Below, piece by piece: positions 12,868 to 23,176 of a stretch of DNA of 64,000 nt. Numbering within the stretch: position 1 is the stretch's first letter; each line of letters starts with the position of its first letter. The notes below the pieces were generated by a model, which worked only from the letters and a program-made list of their open reading frames with translations, was not told the DNA's origin and did no database searches. The stretch comes from Sphaerodactylus townsendi (taxonomy: Eukaryota), in the NCBI RefSeq assembly GCF_021028975.2, contig NC_059427.1, forward strand, positions 82,460,001 through 82,524,000, in the 5' to 3' direction. Position numbers and translations under genes: made by a program.

Positions 12868-12946
12868 GTTTTTCTTCCGCAGTGGCAACATTGAGCACCC
12901 TGAAGACAAACTGTTCAACACAACAGTGGAAGTCTTGCCCTTTGAT
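12868..12946 (+). CDS. MGAT4B: MGAT4B exon: (R)FFFRSGNIEHPEDKLFNTTVEVLPFD
   Basis: tttcag|...|gtgagt, 79 nt. Confidence 0.96.
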
Positions 12947-13074
12947 GTGAGTTGTTGGACTTTTGAAAGAAGAGAGGGAGGTAGAAGTTAGAGAATAAAG
13001 CTGTTTCAAGATATTTATGGAGGAAATCCCTTCTTTGAGAATAAGGGACAGTATTTAACTTGTTTGTGCTAGTG

Positions 13075-13220
13075 CATGGGTGTCCAACCCTGGTGCTTCA
13101 GATGTTCATGGACTACAATCCCCATCAGCCCCTGCTGGCACAGCCAATTGGCCATGCCAGCAGGGACTGATGGGAATTGTAGTCCATGGACATCTGAAGC
13201 ACCAGAGTTGGACGCCTCTG
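13075..13220. mobile_element. Palindromic hAT MITE (related subfamily)
   Basis: Fold-back structure; perfect 8-bp TSD TGCTAGTG at 13067-13074 and 13221-13228. Confidence 0.9.
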
Positions 13221-13273
13221 TGCTAGTGAATGATAGGCTCTAGATCAGTCCTAAACCATTAAGTTAACTGTAT

Positions 13274-13430
13274 CGTCAAAGGCTTTCATGGCTGGAATCA
13301 CTGGGGTGTTGTGTGGTTTCCATGCTGTGTGGCTGTGTTCTAGTAGCAATTTCTCCTGACATTTCGCCTGCATCTGTGGCTGACATCTTCAGAGGATCTG
13401 ATGGTGGTAAAGCAAGTGGAGTATATTCCA
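13274..13430 (-). mobile_element. Penelope-like element terminal fragment with hammerhead motif
   Basis: Same family as 18290-18399, 30952-31035 and 63643-63828; minus strand CTGAAGA...GAAATGTC at 13354-13396. Confidence 0.75.
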
Positions 13431-13915
13431 TAAACCTTTTACAAGGTAACTTTGTGGCTCTGATAGTCTCCTGAAAATAGATGGGAATTGCTTGCATTAG
13501 AAACTCTCAAAGGCCAGACCTGTTCTTGGGAGGTTGTAATCCAGATTCTCATTACTGTGCAGTGGCATCTTTTCATAAGAGTATCTACTGGGGGTTGGGA
13601 TTGGCTGTGAGACACATGAGAAAGCTGCCACACAGACTGAAACCAGATGCTTATTTACCCTTGAAACAGTATACCAAAACCTCAAAGAAAGTCTGCTAAG
13701 TCATTTTCCTACATAAAGTACAGAGTCTGAGGAAGGAAAGGGTATTTCAGGGACTGTTCTGCCTGTAGATATTCAGCAGACTTTTGTGGGTCTTTGAAAG
13801 GCATAGTGAAGGTCTTCTAGCAAGAGTAATGTTCTGTCTCTGAAAACATAAGCATTGCCTGGTGCTTTATGGTACCCACAGCAGCCTGCCTAAGATTATT
13901 TGTTTCCCTGCACAG

Positions 13916-14003
13916 AGTCTCCAGTCAGATAAGGAAGCCCTGCAGGAGGGAAGAGGGACAGCATTCAAGTACCACAGGACATCTGACGGCTACATACAGA
14001 TAG
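13916..14003 (+). CDS. MGAT4B: MGAT4B exon: SLQSDKEALQEGRGTAFKYHRTSDGYIQI(G)
   Basis: ctgcacag|...|gtaaat, 88 nt; aligns to recalled human NPQSDKEALQEGRTATLRYPRSPDGYLQIG. Confidence 0.94.
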
Positions 14004-14692
14004 GTAAATTGCTGGTTCAAGGCAAACAGTAAACTGCAGGTTATGGACAATGTTCTGTGCATGTTGCTGTTCTGATAACAAAATAACGCAGAGTACGCTC
14101 ATAGGAGGTGTTCCGGGTAGGGCATGTATATCCTGTGTGGACTTTTTCCCTACTTGCTCTGGAAATGAGTCATTCATTTTTAGAACACATCCCCCCCCCC
14201 AACAAATAAAAGTCCCTGTGTTTTAATCATTTAAAGGTTCTGAACAAGTAGACTTTTCAGTTAATGTCATGCAATCAGAAATGCTGCTAGTTTAGAGAGC
14301 AAAGGACTGGACAAATCTGAAAGAGGCAGAAGGCAATTTGCTTAAAGAATCTCAAAAAACTCACTCTGTTTATTTAGCACATTTTATTCTGCCTGTGCCC
14401 AACTCCAAGGAGTTCAAGGTGTGACTCATTGGTGTCCTCTTCCATGTTAGTTCTGAGATTAGAGTAAGAAACAGGAACTGCCCCAAGATCATCCAGCAAA
14501 ACTCTCAAATGAGTGGGAATTTGAACCTGGGTTCCAAATCTTAGCCCATCACTTCAACCACTGTGCCAAGCTGTCTTTCATAGTCGATCCAGGATCTCAG
14601 ATTGAACCCACAACCTGTTTCTTGTAGGTTGCAACTTTAAGTATGTTTATGGGAAAGCCCACACTATCGAAATCCGTGGGGCTTGCTCCTGT

Positions 14693-15362
14693 ATAAGAAC
14701 ATAAGAACAAGCCAGCTGGATCAGACCAGAGTCCATCTAGTCCAGCTCACTGCTACTCGCAGTGGCCCACCAGGTACCTTTGGGAGCTCACATGCAGGAT
14801 GTGAAAGCAATGGCCTTCTGCGGCTGTTGCTCCCGATCACCTGGTCTGTTAAGGCATTTGCAATCTCAGGTCAAAGAGGATCAAGATTGATAGCCATAAA
14901 TCAACTTCTCCTCCATAAATCTGTCCAAGCCCCTTTTAAAGCTATCCAGGTTAGTGGCCATCACCACCTCCTGTGGCAGCATATTCCAAACACCAATCAC
15001 ACGTTGCGTGAAGAAGTGTTTCCTTTTATTAGTCCTAATTCTCCCCCCCCCCCCCAGCATTTTCAATGAATGCCCCCTGGTTCTAGTATTGTGAGAAAGA
15101 GAGAAAAATTTCTCTCTGTCAACATTTTCTACCCCATGCATAATTTTATAGACTTCAATCATATCCCCCCTCAGCCGCCTCCTCTCCAAACTAAAGAGTC
15201 CCAAACGCTGCAGCCTCTCCTCATAGGGAAGGTGCTTCAGTCCCTCAATCATCCTTGTTGCCCTTCTCTGCACTTTTTCTATGTCTTCAATATCCTTTTT
15301 GAGAAGCGGCGACCAGAACTGGACACAGTACTCCAAGTGCGGTCGCACCACTGCTTTATATA
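14693..15362 (-). mobile_element. Young CR1 LINE 3' fragment
   Basis: Open 156-aa ORF2 C-terminus (VRPHLEYCVQFWSP...KVQRRATRMI...TRTRGH...WNMLP), 3'UTR and TTCTTATG tail. Confidence 0.95.
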
Positions 15363-17746
15363 ATCTGAACCATAATAGGGCAGTGCCAGTCCATGGTAGA
15401 AATTCATTTGCTGATCATTTTGATCATTCTGGGTTGCTTCCAGTGTTCTAATTGCATTCCAAGAAAATTTTCTAAGACTTGGCCATTAAATTGCTTGCAG
15501 ATGCATGTTTTTGCGTATTAGAGATAGTTGGACACAGTACATGGAGGCTTTTCAGTTGTTCAAAGATTTGTGCCCTCCAGCAGCCATTCCTGGTGGCTTC
15601 CCCACCTGGCTTTTCAGAACACGAGGAAGGGATGGTGATATCAGAACTGCTTTTCAACCTGGACAATTCTGTTATGCCGAGCTGACCACTTCTCAGGTTT
15701 TGAGAAACTACTGTAGCTCTTATAGTTACACTTTATAATCACCTTGCATGTTCTTCAGGATGATTCGTAAATTGTGGAAAATACAGATTGGGTCTGCAGA
15801 CCACACCCTGTGTCACAGTCACACATAAGTGGTGAATCCTCTTCAATTCTTGGGTCCATGGTGCTTGTGTCAGATCATGGCGATGGAACTTATGGAAAAA
15901 AGGCTTCAATCTTTCCCCTGCACAATTTCTCAACCTGCAGAAGTCCAAGGAGTATGCCTTTTGGCCCACTGGGAAAACCCTCATGCACCTTTGTGGATTT
16001 CACTTGAAGACCATACTTGCTGCACCAGATGGTTGTCAGAAAAATGACACATGGGAGATGATGAAGTTCCTTCTCTACATGTGCTATTGTTGTGATCTGA
16101 ATCAGATACCACGTGCACACAATTGAGGAGAATCTACAACTCATATCTTGTTGTTACACAGGACACTAGGTGAGGCCCTCAAACCCAACCAGTGTTCTCC
16201 ATAACATATGAATAAGCCCTTAAGTACCGCAGCAATTTAAGGCTTACATATCACCACTTTGGAACTGGACACTGTACAGAGCATTGGTGTTGCACAGTCC
16301 CAGCATGGCTGACCACTGGTCACCTCAAATAGACTTTCCCACCAGGGCCCCCATCACTCCCACAATAAGTTTTGCTCCCCCCATCCAGACTGGGCTGTTA
16401 ATCTTTCATTCTCTCGTGATTTTAAATTCTTAATGGTATATTATCCCCCCACCCCCACCCAAATCCTTGGCCTGGGTTTGCTTGCTTGAACCATTAAAAA
16501 TACAGAATCACACAATTTTAGATCACATAACATTCATCTCTGGTGTTTGAAATGCTCAGGGAACAAATTCCTTCAATCTTTTCCCATTCAAGCATCACAT
16601 ACAAAATAGTAACCTGTGAACTGATGCCACCTACTGGACAGCAGAGGTTTCACAATTTAAAAAAATAGACTTTTGTGGGGTGCATGTGTTAGGTTGCATT
16701 GTCACTGCTGCATGAAACGTTATACCAAAGTTTGTTAGTCATACTTCTTTGTGCAGTGGTGCTAGCAGAGATTCTTTTTTACTTGTTCTATGTTATGGCT
16801 GTTTCTAGAAATCAGTTTGGTGTGTAGTGTTATTGAGAGCAAAGGCAATATTCCCTGGGATGGTAGAGTTATTCTTAGGTTTCCCAGGATCATTTGGATT
16901 TTAATAAAGGCAGCATCCTTCCACATGAGCAGGTCAGCTCACTTGGTGGGGAACCAGGTATCAGTATCATTCACTGAGGCATTCTACAGTTGTGTTTTGG
17001 TAGCTGTCCATAAAAGAAATATCAGGTATCTTTTATAGTGTACAGATGAGCGAGGGCATCCCAAACACTCTGGGCTGCCTACTGTACAAGCAGTAACTCT
17101 GAGCCAGCACAGCCACTGAGTCTTGTTTTTTACTTGGCAAGTCATCCCTGGGAACTGCATCTGGTAGTCAGATTGGCCACATCTTCAGAGATGAGCCATG
17201 CACTGCAATTTGTGGCAAGTTTAGCAGTGATGAGCAAGAAAGAAAACTCATCCCTTGGTCTGCTTCTATAATGTGTACTGTAATGTGTACTGTAAAAAGA
17301 AGTTTGTGACCTTGTGAAAAGGTTTTGAGTGCAGCATGTAAACTAAAAGGAATGTGTGTGCCTAGAAGCAAAAAGAAATTAAAGAAGGGCTAAGATATGG
17401 CCATCTCCAAACAGTAAAGATTACAGCAACCTTCTGTAATCCTCCCCAAGTTGGGCTCCTACATGTCAGTCAGTGGCCCTGAAGAAACACTGGGGGAGGT
17501 GACTGGGGAAAAATCTTCTTTCCCTCCTCCACTGACTTTGGTTCGGAAAGAGCAGGGTAAAAATCAAATCAATATTACTAATAAATGCTGTTCCATTGGA
17601 GGAGCTGGCATTGTGCTGATGGGACAGCACCTTTGGTTTCCATCCACTATTTGAATGCACAGCATTTCTAGGTATGACTTAGGTGCTAGAGCTTGCTTTA
17701 AAGGGATGGGTCATTTCACCAGAGAAACAACTTTTAGACTGATAAA

Positions 17747-18051
17747 AAAGTTTGAATCCAGTGGCACCTTTCAGACCAACAAAGTTTTATTCTTGGGGTG
17801 TAAGCTTTCTCGTGCATGGTTGGTGACTTCTGTTTCAGTGTATCTGAGGAAGTGTGCTTGCACACGAAAGCTTATATGTTTTTATCATGTTGTTGCCATC
17901 CTGAGCCACTCGGGGGAGGGCAGGGTAAAAATCCAAAAATAAATTAAAAATAAATAAATACCAAGAATAAAACTCTGTTGATCTCAAAGGTGCCACTGGA
18001 CTCCATCTTTTTTCTGCTGTTTCAGACCCACACGGCTACCCACCTGAATCT
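17747..18051. mobile_element. Penelope-like inverted terminal fragments (second family) with hammerhead motif, interrupted by a LINE 3' tail
   Basis: TCCAGTGGCACCTTT..CAACAAAGTTTTATTCTTGG is inverted against CCAAGAATAAAACTCTGTTG..AAAGGTGCCACTGGA; CTGAGGA..GAAAGCTT core at 17844-17873; A-rich L2-type tail inserted at ~17877-17960. Confidence 0.7.
17840..17877 (+). ncRNA. Minimal type I hammerhead ribozyme motif
   Basis: GUAU-CUGAGGA-A-GUGUG(CUUG)CACAC-GAAA-GCUU-AUAU: both conserved cores, helix II and a palindromic loopless helix III. Confidence 0.65.
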
Positions 18052-18139
18052 ACCTTTTTGACTACAATGGTTTTGTTGCCGCTGAGAAATTCAGAAATCA
18101 GCCCTGAAGTCCTCTCTCTTTTCCCCCCCTCTTCCTCAG

Positions 18140-18252
18140 GATCTTTTTCTAAAGGCATTGCTGAAGGAGAAGTAGACCCTTCCTTTGGGCCTTTGGAAGC
18201 AATACGACTGACCATCCAGACGGACTCTCCTGTATGGATCATCTTGAGTGAA
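18140..18252 (+). CDS. MGAT4B: MGAT4B penultimate exon: (G)SFSKGIAEGEVDPSFGPLEAIRLTIQTDSPVWIILSE
   Basis: cttcctcag|...|gtaata, 113 nt. Confidence 0.96.
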
Positions 18253-18289
18253 GTAATACTCTTTTCTGGAGGAACTATTTCTTAGGAAT

Positions 18290-18399
18290 TTGGGTGCTGT
18301 GTGGTTTCCGGGCTGTATGGCTGTGTTCTAGCAGCATTCTCTCCTGACGTTTCGCCTGCATCTGTGGCTGGCATCTTCAGAGGATCATGAGGAATGATC
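18290..18399 (-). mobile_element. 110-bp Penelope-like insertion with 13-bp TSD
   Basis: ATTTCTTAGGAAT duplicated at 18277-18289 and 18400-18412. Confidence 0.85.
18342..18384 (-). ncRNA. Minimal type I hammerhead ribozyme motif, core intact
   Basis: UCCU-CUGAAGA-U-GCC(AGCCACAGAUGCA)GGC-GAAA-CGUC-AGGA; GUC cleavage triplet; helix I UCCU/AGGA. Confidence 0.75.
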
Positions 18400-18955
18400 A
18401 TTTCTTAGGAATGTTTGTAGCAGAAGGTCTGCACTAGATTCCTGAAGGGAAAGCCCAACAGCAAAGGAAAACTTTGAGCTGAATTTTTTCTCTATCTAGG
18501 TATGCTGTGACCACTGAGTCAGACAGACTGCTTGTAGTATGCCTGGACTGCACACATTTCACTTGGCCAACAGTAGGTACAGTCATGGCTTTCTAACAAC
18601 CATATTCACAAAGACTCAAATTCTCAGCTCGTTGTTTCTCAGCTGATCATGGGAATGACCTGGGACACCTGTTACGTTGTCCATATTAAAGTAACCCGGG
18701 GCCAACTAGGTCATAACCTTCTAGAAAAGTGCTGATCCAGCCTTTAGCAGGAACAGTGTGGACTTACTAAATAATGACAATGGTATTATTGCAGTGGTTA
18801 ACAGTTGTGTAAATTAACTACCAAGAATGGACATGTGTCCATAGCCACAGCTGTGCTTCATGGTTTAGTAACTGCATTACAAGTATGCTGTGAGTGCCTT
18901 GCAATATATTTAATACTGTCTAAAAGGAAGCTTCTTGAGTCCACAGGCACTGAAT

Positions 18956-19995
18956 GGCAGATTACCCCACCCTTATCCGGCACTGGCACAAAAATTGCGC
19001 TAGAAGTGCTCTCACTTTCTTTTTTTAAAATTTAATCTTTATTCGATTTAATTAAAACAATCACTTAACAGACATAACAAACATAAACTGACATAACAAA
19101 CATACAACAAAATTGATACATCCTTATTATTTCATAATTCAACTAAGGAATGGTGTCAGGCTTCTTCTGTCTTTTCTTTTACATGACCTTCTTTTCTATT
19201 CCTTCCTTATCCAAACTCATTATCTTCTCATTTATGTACTCCTTGCTTATTGACTTCTCCTCCAGTCTGTCTAAACAATTTACATCACTTGGCTAACAGA
19301 TTTCCGAAATTGCTAATATAACATAATTCTTATTCCCTCCTAATATCCAACCGGTGATATATTTACATCATTAATTTTTAATATTTAGTTAGTCCACAGT
19401 TCCTAATTCTTATTACATGTCTCCGCTGGTAAGTTCCTTATTTGACGTGCCAGTCTGTCCATGGTATAGAAGTGTTGCACTTTATTTCTTCATTCTTCAG
19501 TTGATGATATCTGTTCCTTTTCCAAAGTTGAGCCAAGACTAGTCTTGCTGCTGTTATCATGTGAAACAATACATGCACATAAGTTTTTATAAGACTACAT
19601 GTTGCAAATACTGGTCCTAAAAGGTAAGTCATCAATTGCATTGGAAAATGTACTCCTAAAACTTTTTCTATTGTATGTGTATCTTTCTCCAATATTTGTT
19701 TACTTTTTTGCAGGTCCACCAGACATGATAAAATGTTCCTGTTTCTTGGTGGCAAGAAGTGCTCTCGCTTTCCACGGGCGGGGCAAGAGGAAACATGTCA
19801 GGACAAGAAATCTTGCCCTGACACATTTCCTCTCTCAGTGCACCACAGGGAGGAAACACGTCGGGACAAGAGTTCTTGCCTCAACATGCTTCCGCTCCTG
19901 GTCAGTGCCAGGGAGGAAGCACATCGAGACAGTATTTTTTGCCCCAATGCACTCCGGCAGTCAGCACATGGCAGCTGCCTCATGGGCAATTGGCC
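18956..19995. mobile_element. Non-autonomous DNA element (Harbinger-like ends) split by an L1-type insertion
   Basis: Ends GGCAGATTACCCCA / TGGGCAATTGGCC are imperfect inverted repeats; three internal hairpin repeats at ~19787-19955. Confidence 0.5.
19020..19754 (-). mobile_element. L1/Tx1-clade LINE 3' fragment with 18-bp TSD
   Basis: [17 protein letters not shown] and HMITAARLVLAQLWK motifs; A-rich tail; TSD AGAAGTGCTCTC(A/G)CTTTC at 19002-19019 and 19755-19772. Confidence 0.88.
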
Positions 19996-20343
19996 AACAT
20001 CTTCACTTATCTCAGTAGGCTATAATGCACTAAGTAAGGATAATCAGATGAATGGATGTGGGAATTCCTGATTATTGTAGGGGGTTACCCAAAGATATAG
20101 TAGAACAGAACTTAGTAGCAAAGCTTTCTAGGCAGCAGTTGGGAAGGGGTTTTGTCAACATTATTGCTCTGTTCAACAACTGTTTACAGGGAACATTTGT
20201 CTGGCTTGAGACATTGTTTCCAAGAAGAAATCAGGACTCAGTTCTTCATTTCTTTTTCAATAGGAAGATGATTGGTGGCACTAATAGTAAAGTGACCTAC
20301 TGAGCTCTGATAGCTTTTTTTCCTTTTTAAATTGTGTTTTCAG

Positions 20344-20367
20344 ATATTCCTGAAGAAAGCTGACTGA
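20344..20367 (+). CDS. MGAT4B: MGAT4B last coding exon: IFLKKAD*
   Basis: gtgttttcag|ATA TTC CTG AAG AAA GCT GAC TGA; same C-terminus as recalled mammalian MGAT4B. Confidence 0.95.
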   Translation: MFLKKAD

Positions 20368-21410
20368 AGTCTAAGAGCAGGAGATGAGCACTAAGTGGTC
20401 ATTAGCTCTTCCCGCCTTCTTCCTCTCTTCTATGAAACTGCAGACATTGCAGAAAACAAAGGCAGCCTGTCCGTAAAGCAAAGGTGCGTGCTGAAGGCCA
20501 CAGCTGCTCCAAGAACAGGAAGAAAACATGTGGTGAAACTTGGCAGGACCTTGTGTTTCATGACCACAGACTAGGAGAAGAGAAGCATTTTTCACACACG
20601 GGTGCTAGACTGCATTACATGAAGACGCACCAGTGCTGGCATATCTTGCATCTAGCTGCCTCTGCAGCTCCAGAAAGACACAGGGAGATGAAATTACTGT
20701 GTCAGAGATTTTCAATTTTTTGTTTCCTTGAGCAAGGACCACACTGTCCCCACTACTCTTCCTTCCCCCGGGTGTTGGTTCCTGAATGTATCACTGAGGT
20801 GTGCATTTAGAAATACAGGCTTAAAGAGTGAAAAGGCTAAATTGAGAAGGCAACTTGACTGTGTCAGGCTCTTACAAGCTGCAGAGCAGCTCAGAGGTAT
20901 ATGTGGGAAGGGGAGGAGCAGATTCCCACCCGTTTGTTTAATAAAAACTGTTACTCCAGGCCATGTCTGAGGATTAAATATGAAGGGTAACAGGTCTGAA
21001 AGAAGATGAAGTGCAGAGGTGACAGACAGCATGGCAGGGAAATAATGAAACCACACTGTGCCTGCCAGGGTTGTACATGGCCCCTTCATACAATACAGTT
21101 CATGTTGAAGTCTCCAGTGTCTTCATGCCTTGAGAATGAGTGCAAAAGGCCACCCTTTTAAATCCATATTTCCGTTATTTACTGGTTGGTGTGAATTTTG
21201 AAGAAAAACATGTAGGCCAGGTCTCAATTGGTAGGGATTAGAGTGTAATTTAAGAACAACAACAACCCTCCCCCCAATGTCACTAGCTATACACTGGAAT
21301 GCATTATACTACTTTAATGTGCTGTATTTTTTATTATTGGATACATTTGATTTTTTCAAGTATATCTATATAAAATATATATTAAAATGTGCATTGTAAA
21401 ATTTTAATTC
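20368..21410 (+). promoter_or_regulatory. MGAT4B: MGAT4B 3'UTR with candidate poly(A) signals
   Basis: AATAAA at 20940-20945 and ATTAAA at 21381-21386 after a U-rich block; end point inferred. Confidence 0.55.
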
Positions 21411-23070
21411 CATTTAAAGTAACTTTTTAAAGAATTGTTCTACGAAGCAGGGAAATTAAAACACCATTTTACAGGCATATTTGCTAAAGCTTGTAAGTGT
21501 GAACCATTGTCCACTTGAATGTATCTTTTAAAACCAAATCCACAGATTCTACAAGATACAGCCTATAGAATACACTGGTGAGCCGGGTGGTGGTCCTCTC
21601 TTGCTGTAACTGATAATTTAAACAAACATGGTTCCCTAAGGTAGATGGGCTTTATAATTAACTTCAATTATTTTCCGTTCAATTTGGAAAGATACCTAGG
21701 GAAAAATAAAGGTATGAAAGTGAAGTGGAGCTCTAGGCTAGATTGGGTCTGGCAGCTGTGCAGCTGTGGTCAGAACAACTTCCTCTTAGACTAACCCCTT
21801 ATTTATCTTTGAACTGTAGTATACCCCCCTACCTCGCGTCTTCATATATATGGCAACAGAAGTCACCCTGACACCATCACATACTGGAAAAACTACTTTG
21901 CCGTTCTTGATTAAATTGCTAGCTATGTAGGTAACTGATTGGTTAACTATATACGCTATCAGCTTAAACTCAGAATTCTGTTGTACCTAAGATTCCTTAG
22001 CCAAGAAAGTTTTTGTCTTCTTGTGTAGTCTGGCCAACAGCTGGACAGAATTATGCAAAGTAGTCCACACTAGGTCAGTGTGGCATGTAAGGGAAACCAA
22101 TTTCAAAAATCACATGTCAGTGAAAATTGATGGTACCTTTTGAGCTGGGGCAAGCTCATTCAAGCATCAATGAAACAGTGGTAGTGAATCTTATCTTCAT
22201 TCATAGCAGAGCCTATCATTGATTGAGATGGCACAGCTGTAGAAGTTAGTCATTTTATTAGCCTGGACCAGGAACCCAGCTTCTTGGAGAGAGGATTTGG
22301 GGCTTGCATTCTAAGCTCAGTGGAATAAAAGGCAAAGAATGTGGACCAAATTGGTAAGACTTGGTTTGTCAGCATACAGGTGCCAGCATATCCAAAAGGC
22401 AGTATCACCTCTGATGCTGAGAATCATGGCTAAACACCCCTTTTGAGGTGTGGATTAACCTGAGATCCCTGCCCCGCCCCACCAAGAGAAATCCAAAAGG
22501 GGTCTCACCCAGACTTCGTTTTCTCCTCACTAACCAGAATTCTAACTCTAGTTAACCCACGTGCCCACTGCATTTGTCCCTCATGGGGTTAGTATTTAAC
22601 TGTAATTCTGAATATGAAAAGGAAAAAATAAAGAATATATCTATATGAACCTGGCAACAAACTAGGGTCATGTACATTTTCCCATAACCATGATTATGTG
22701 CGACATCTGATCGCAGCAAAAGACAGGAAGCCTCATTTAGATGACCTCCAGAAATCCAACTTCTGGTGATGTTTGAAGGTAAAAGAGCTTTAACTTTATG
22801 GAACTTCATCTTTCAGCAGGATAACCACATGAATATCTAATTTAGGCCTATGACTTATTCATGAAAATAACAGAAACTCAGAAGTTCTTACGAGGAGAGC
22901 AGTTTTACTGATGCTTTTGAGGTAAAGGACTTATATTAATATACTATCATAATTACTTTCAAAATATATCTTTAGAAAAACTAATTCAGAAAAGAAATAA
23001 GTGAAAACTGAGTGACACTTAAGGCAGACTGCAGGCAGAAGGGCACTCCCAGTTGATTTAGAAACGTTCT

Positions 23071-23176
23071 TCAAAAAATAAAAAATGTGAGCGGCACAAA
23101 GTGGAAGAAGAGCCCCACCACAGATAATCCAGTAAGAACACAAAGAACTCCACTGCTGAAGTACATGGGACCCAGC
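23071..23176 (-). CDS. LTC4S: LTC4S exon 5: (R)LGPMYFSSGVLCVLTGLSVVGLFFHFVPLTFFIF*
   Basis: ttttgcacag| acceptor; 106 nt to TGA; completes catalytic Arg104. Confidence 0.88.

Noticed and set aside
15363-16400. Faint LINE-like peptides (PRK, PPGFS, W.SKYGL)
   Set aside because: Probably old LINE debris but too decayed to assign family, strand or limits.
18253-18285. Read-through MGAT4B C-terminus VILFSGGTIS*
   Set aside because: The canonical IFLKKAD* exon is present at 20344; nothing in the sequence supports intron retention.
19787-19955. Palindromic repeats superficially like a CRISPR array
   Set aside because: Vertebrate intron, degenerate units, related short spacers and no cas genes; it is a transposon interior.
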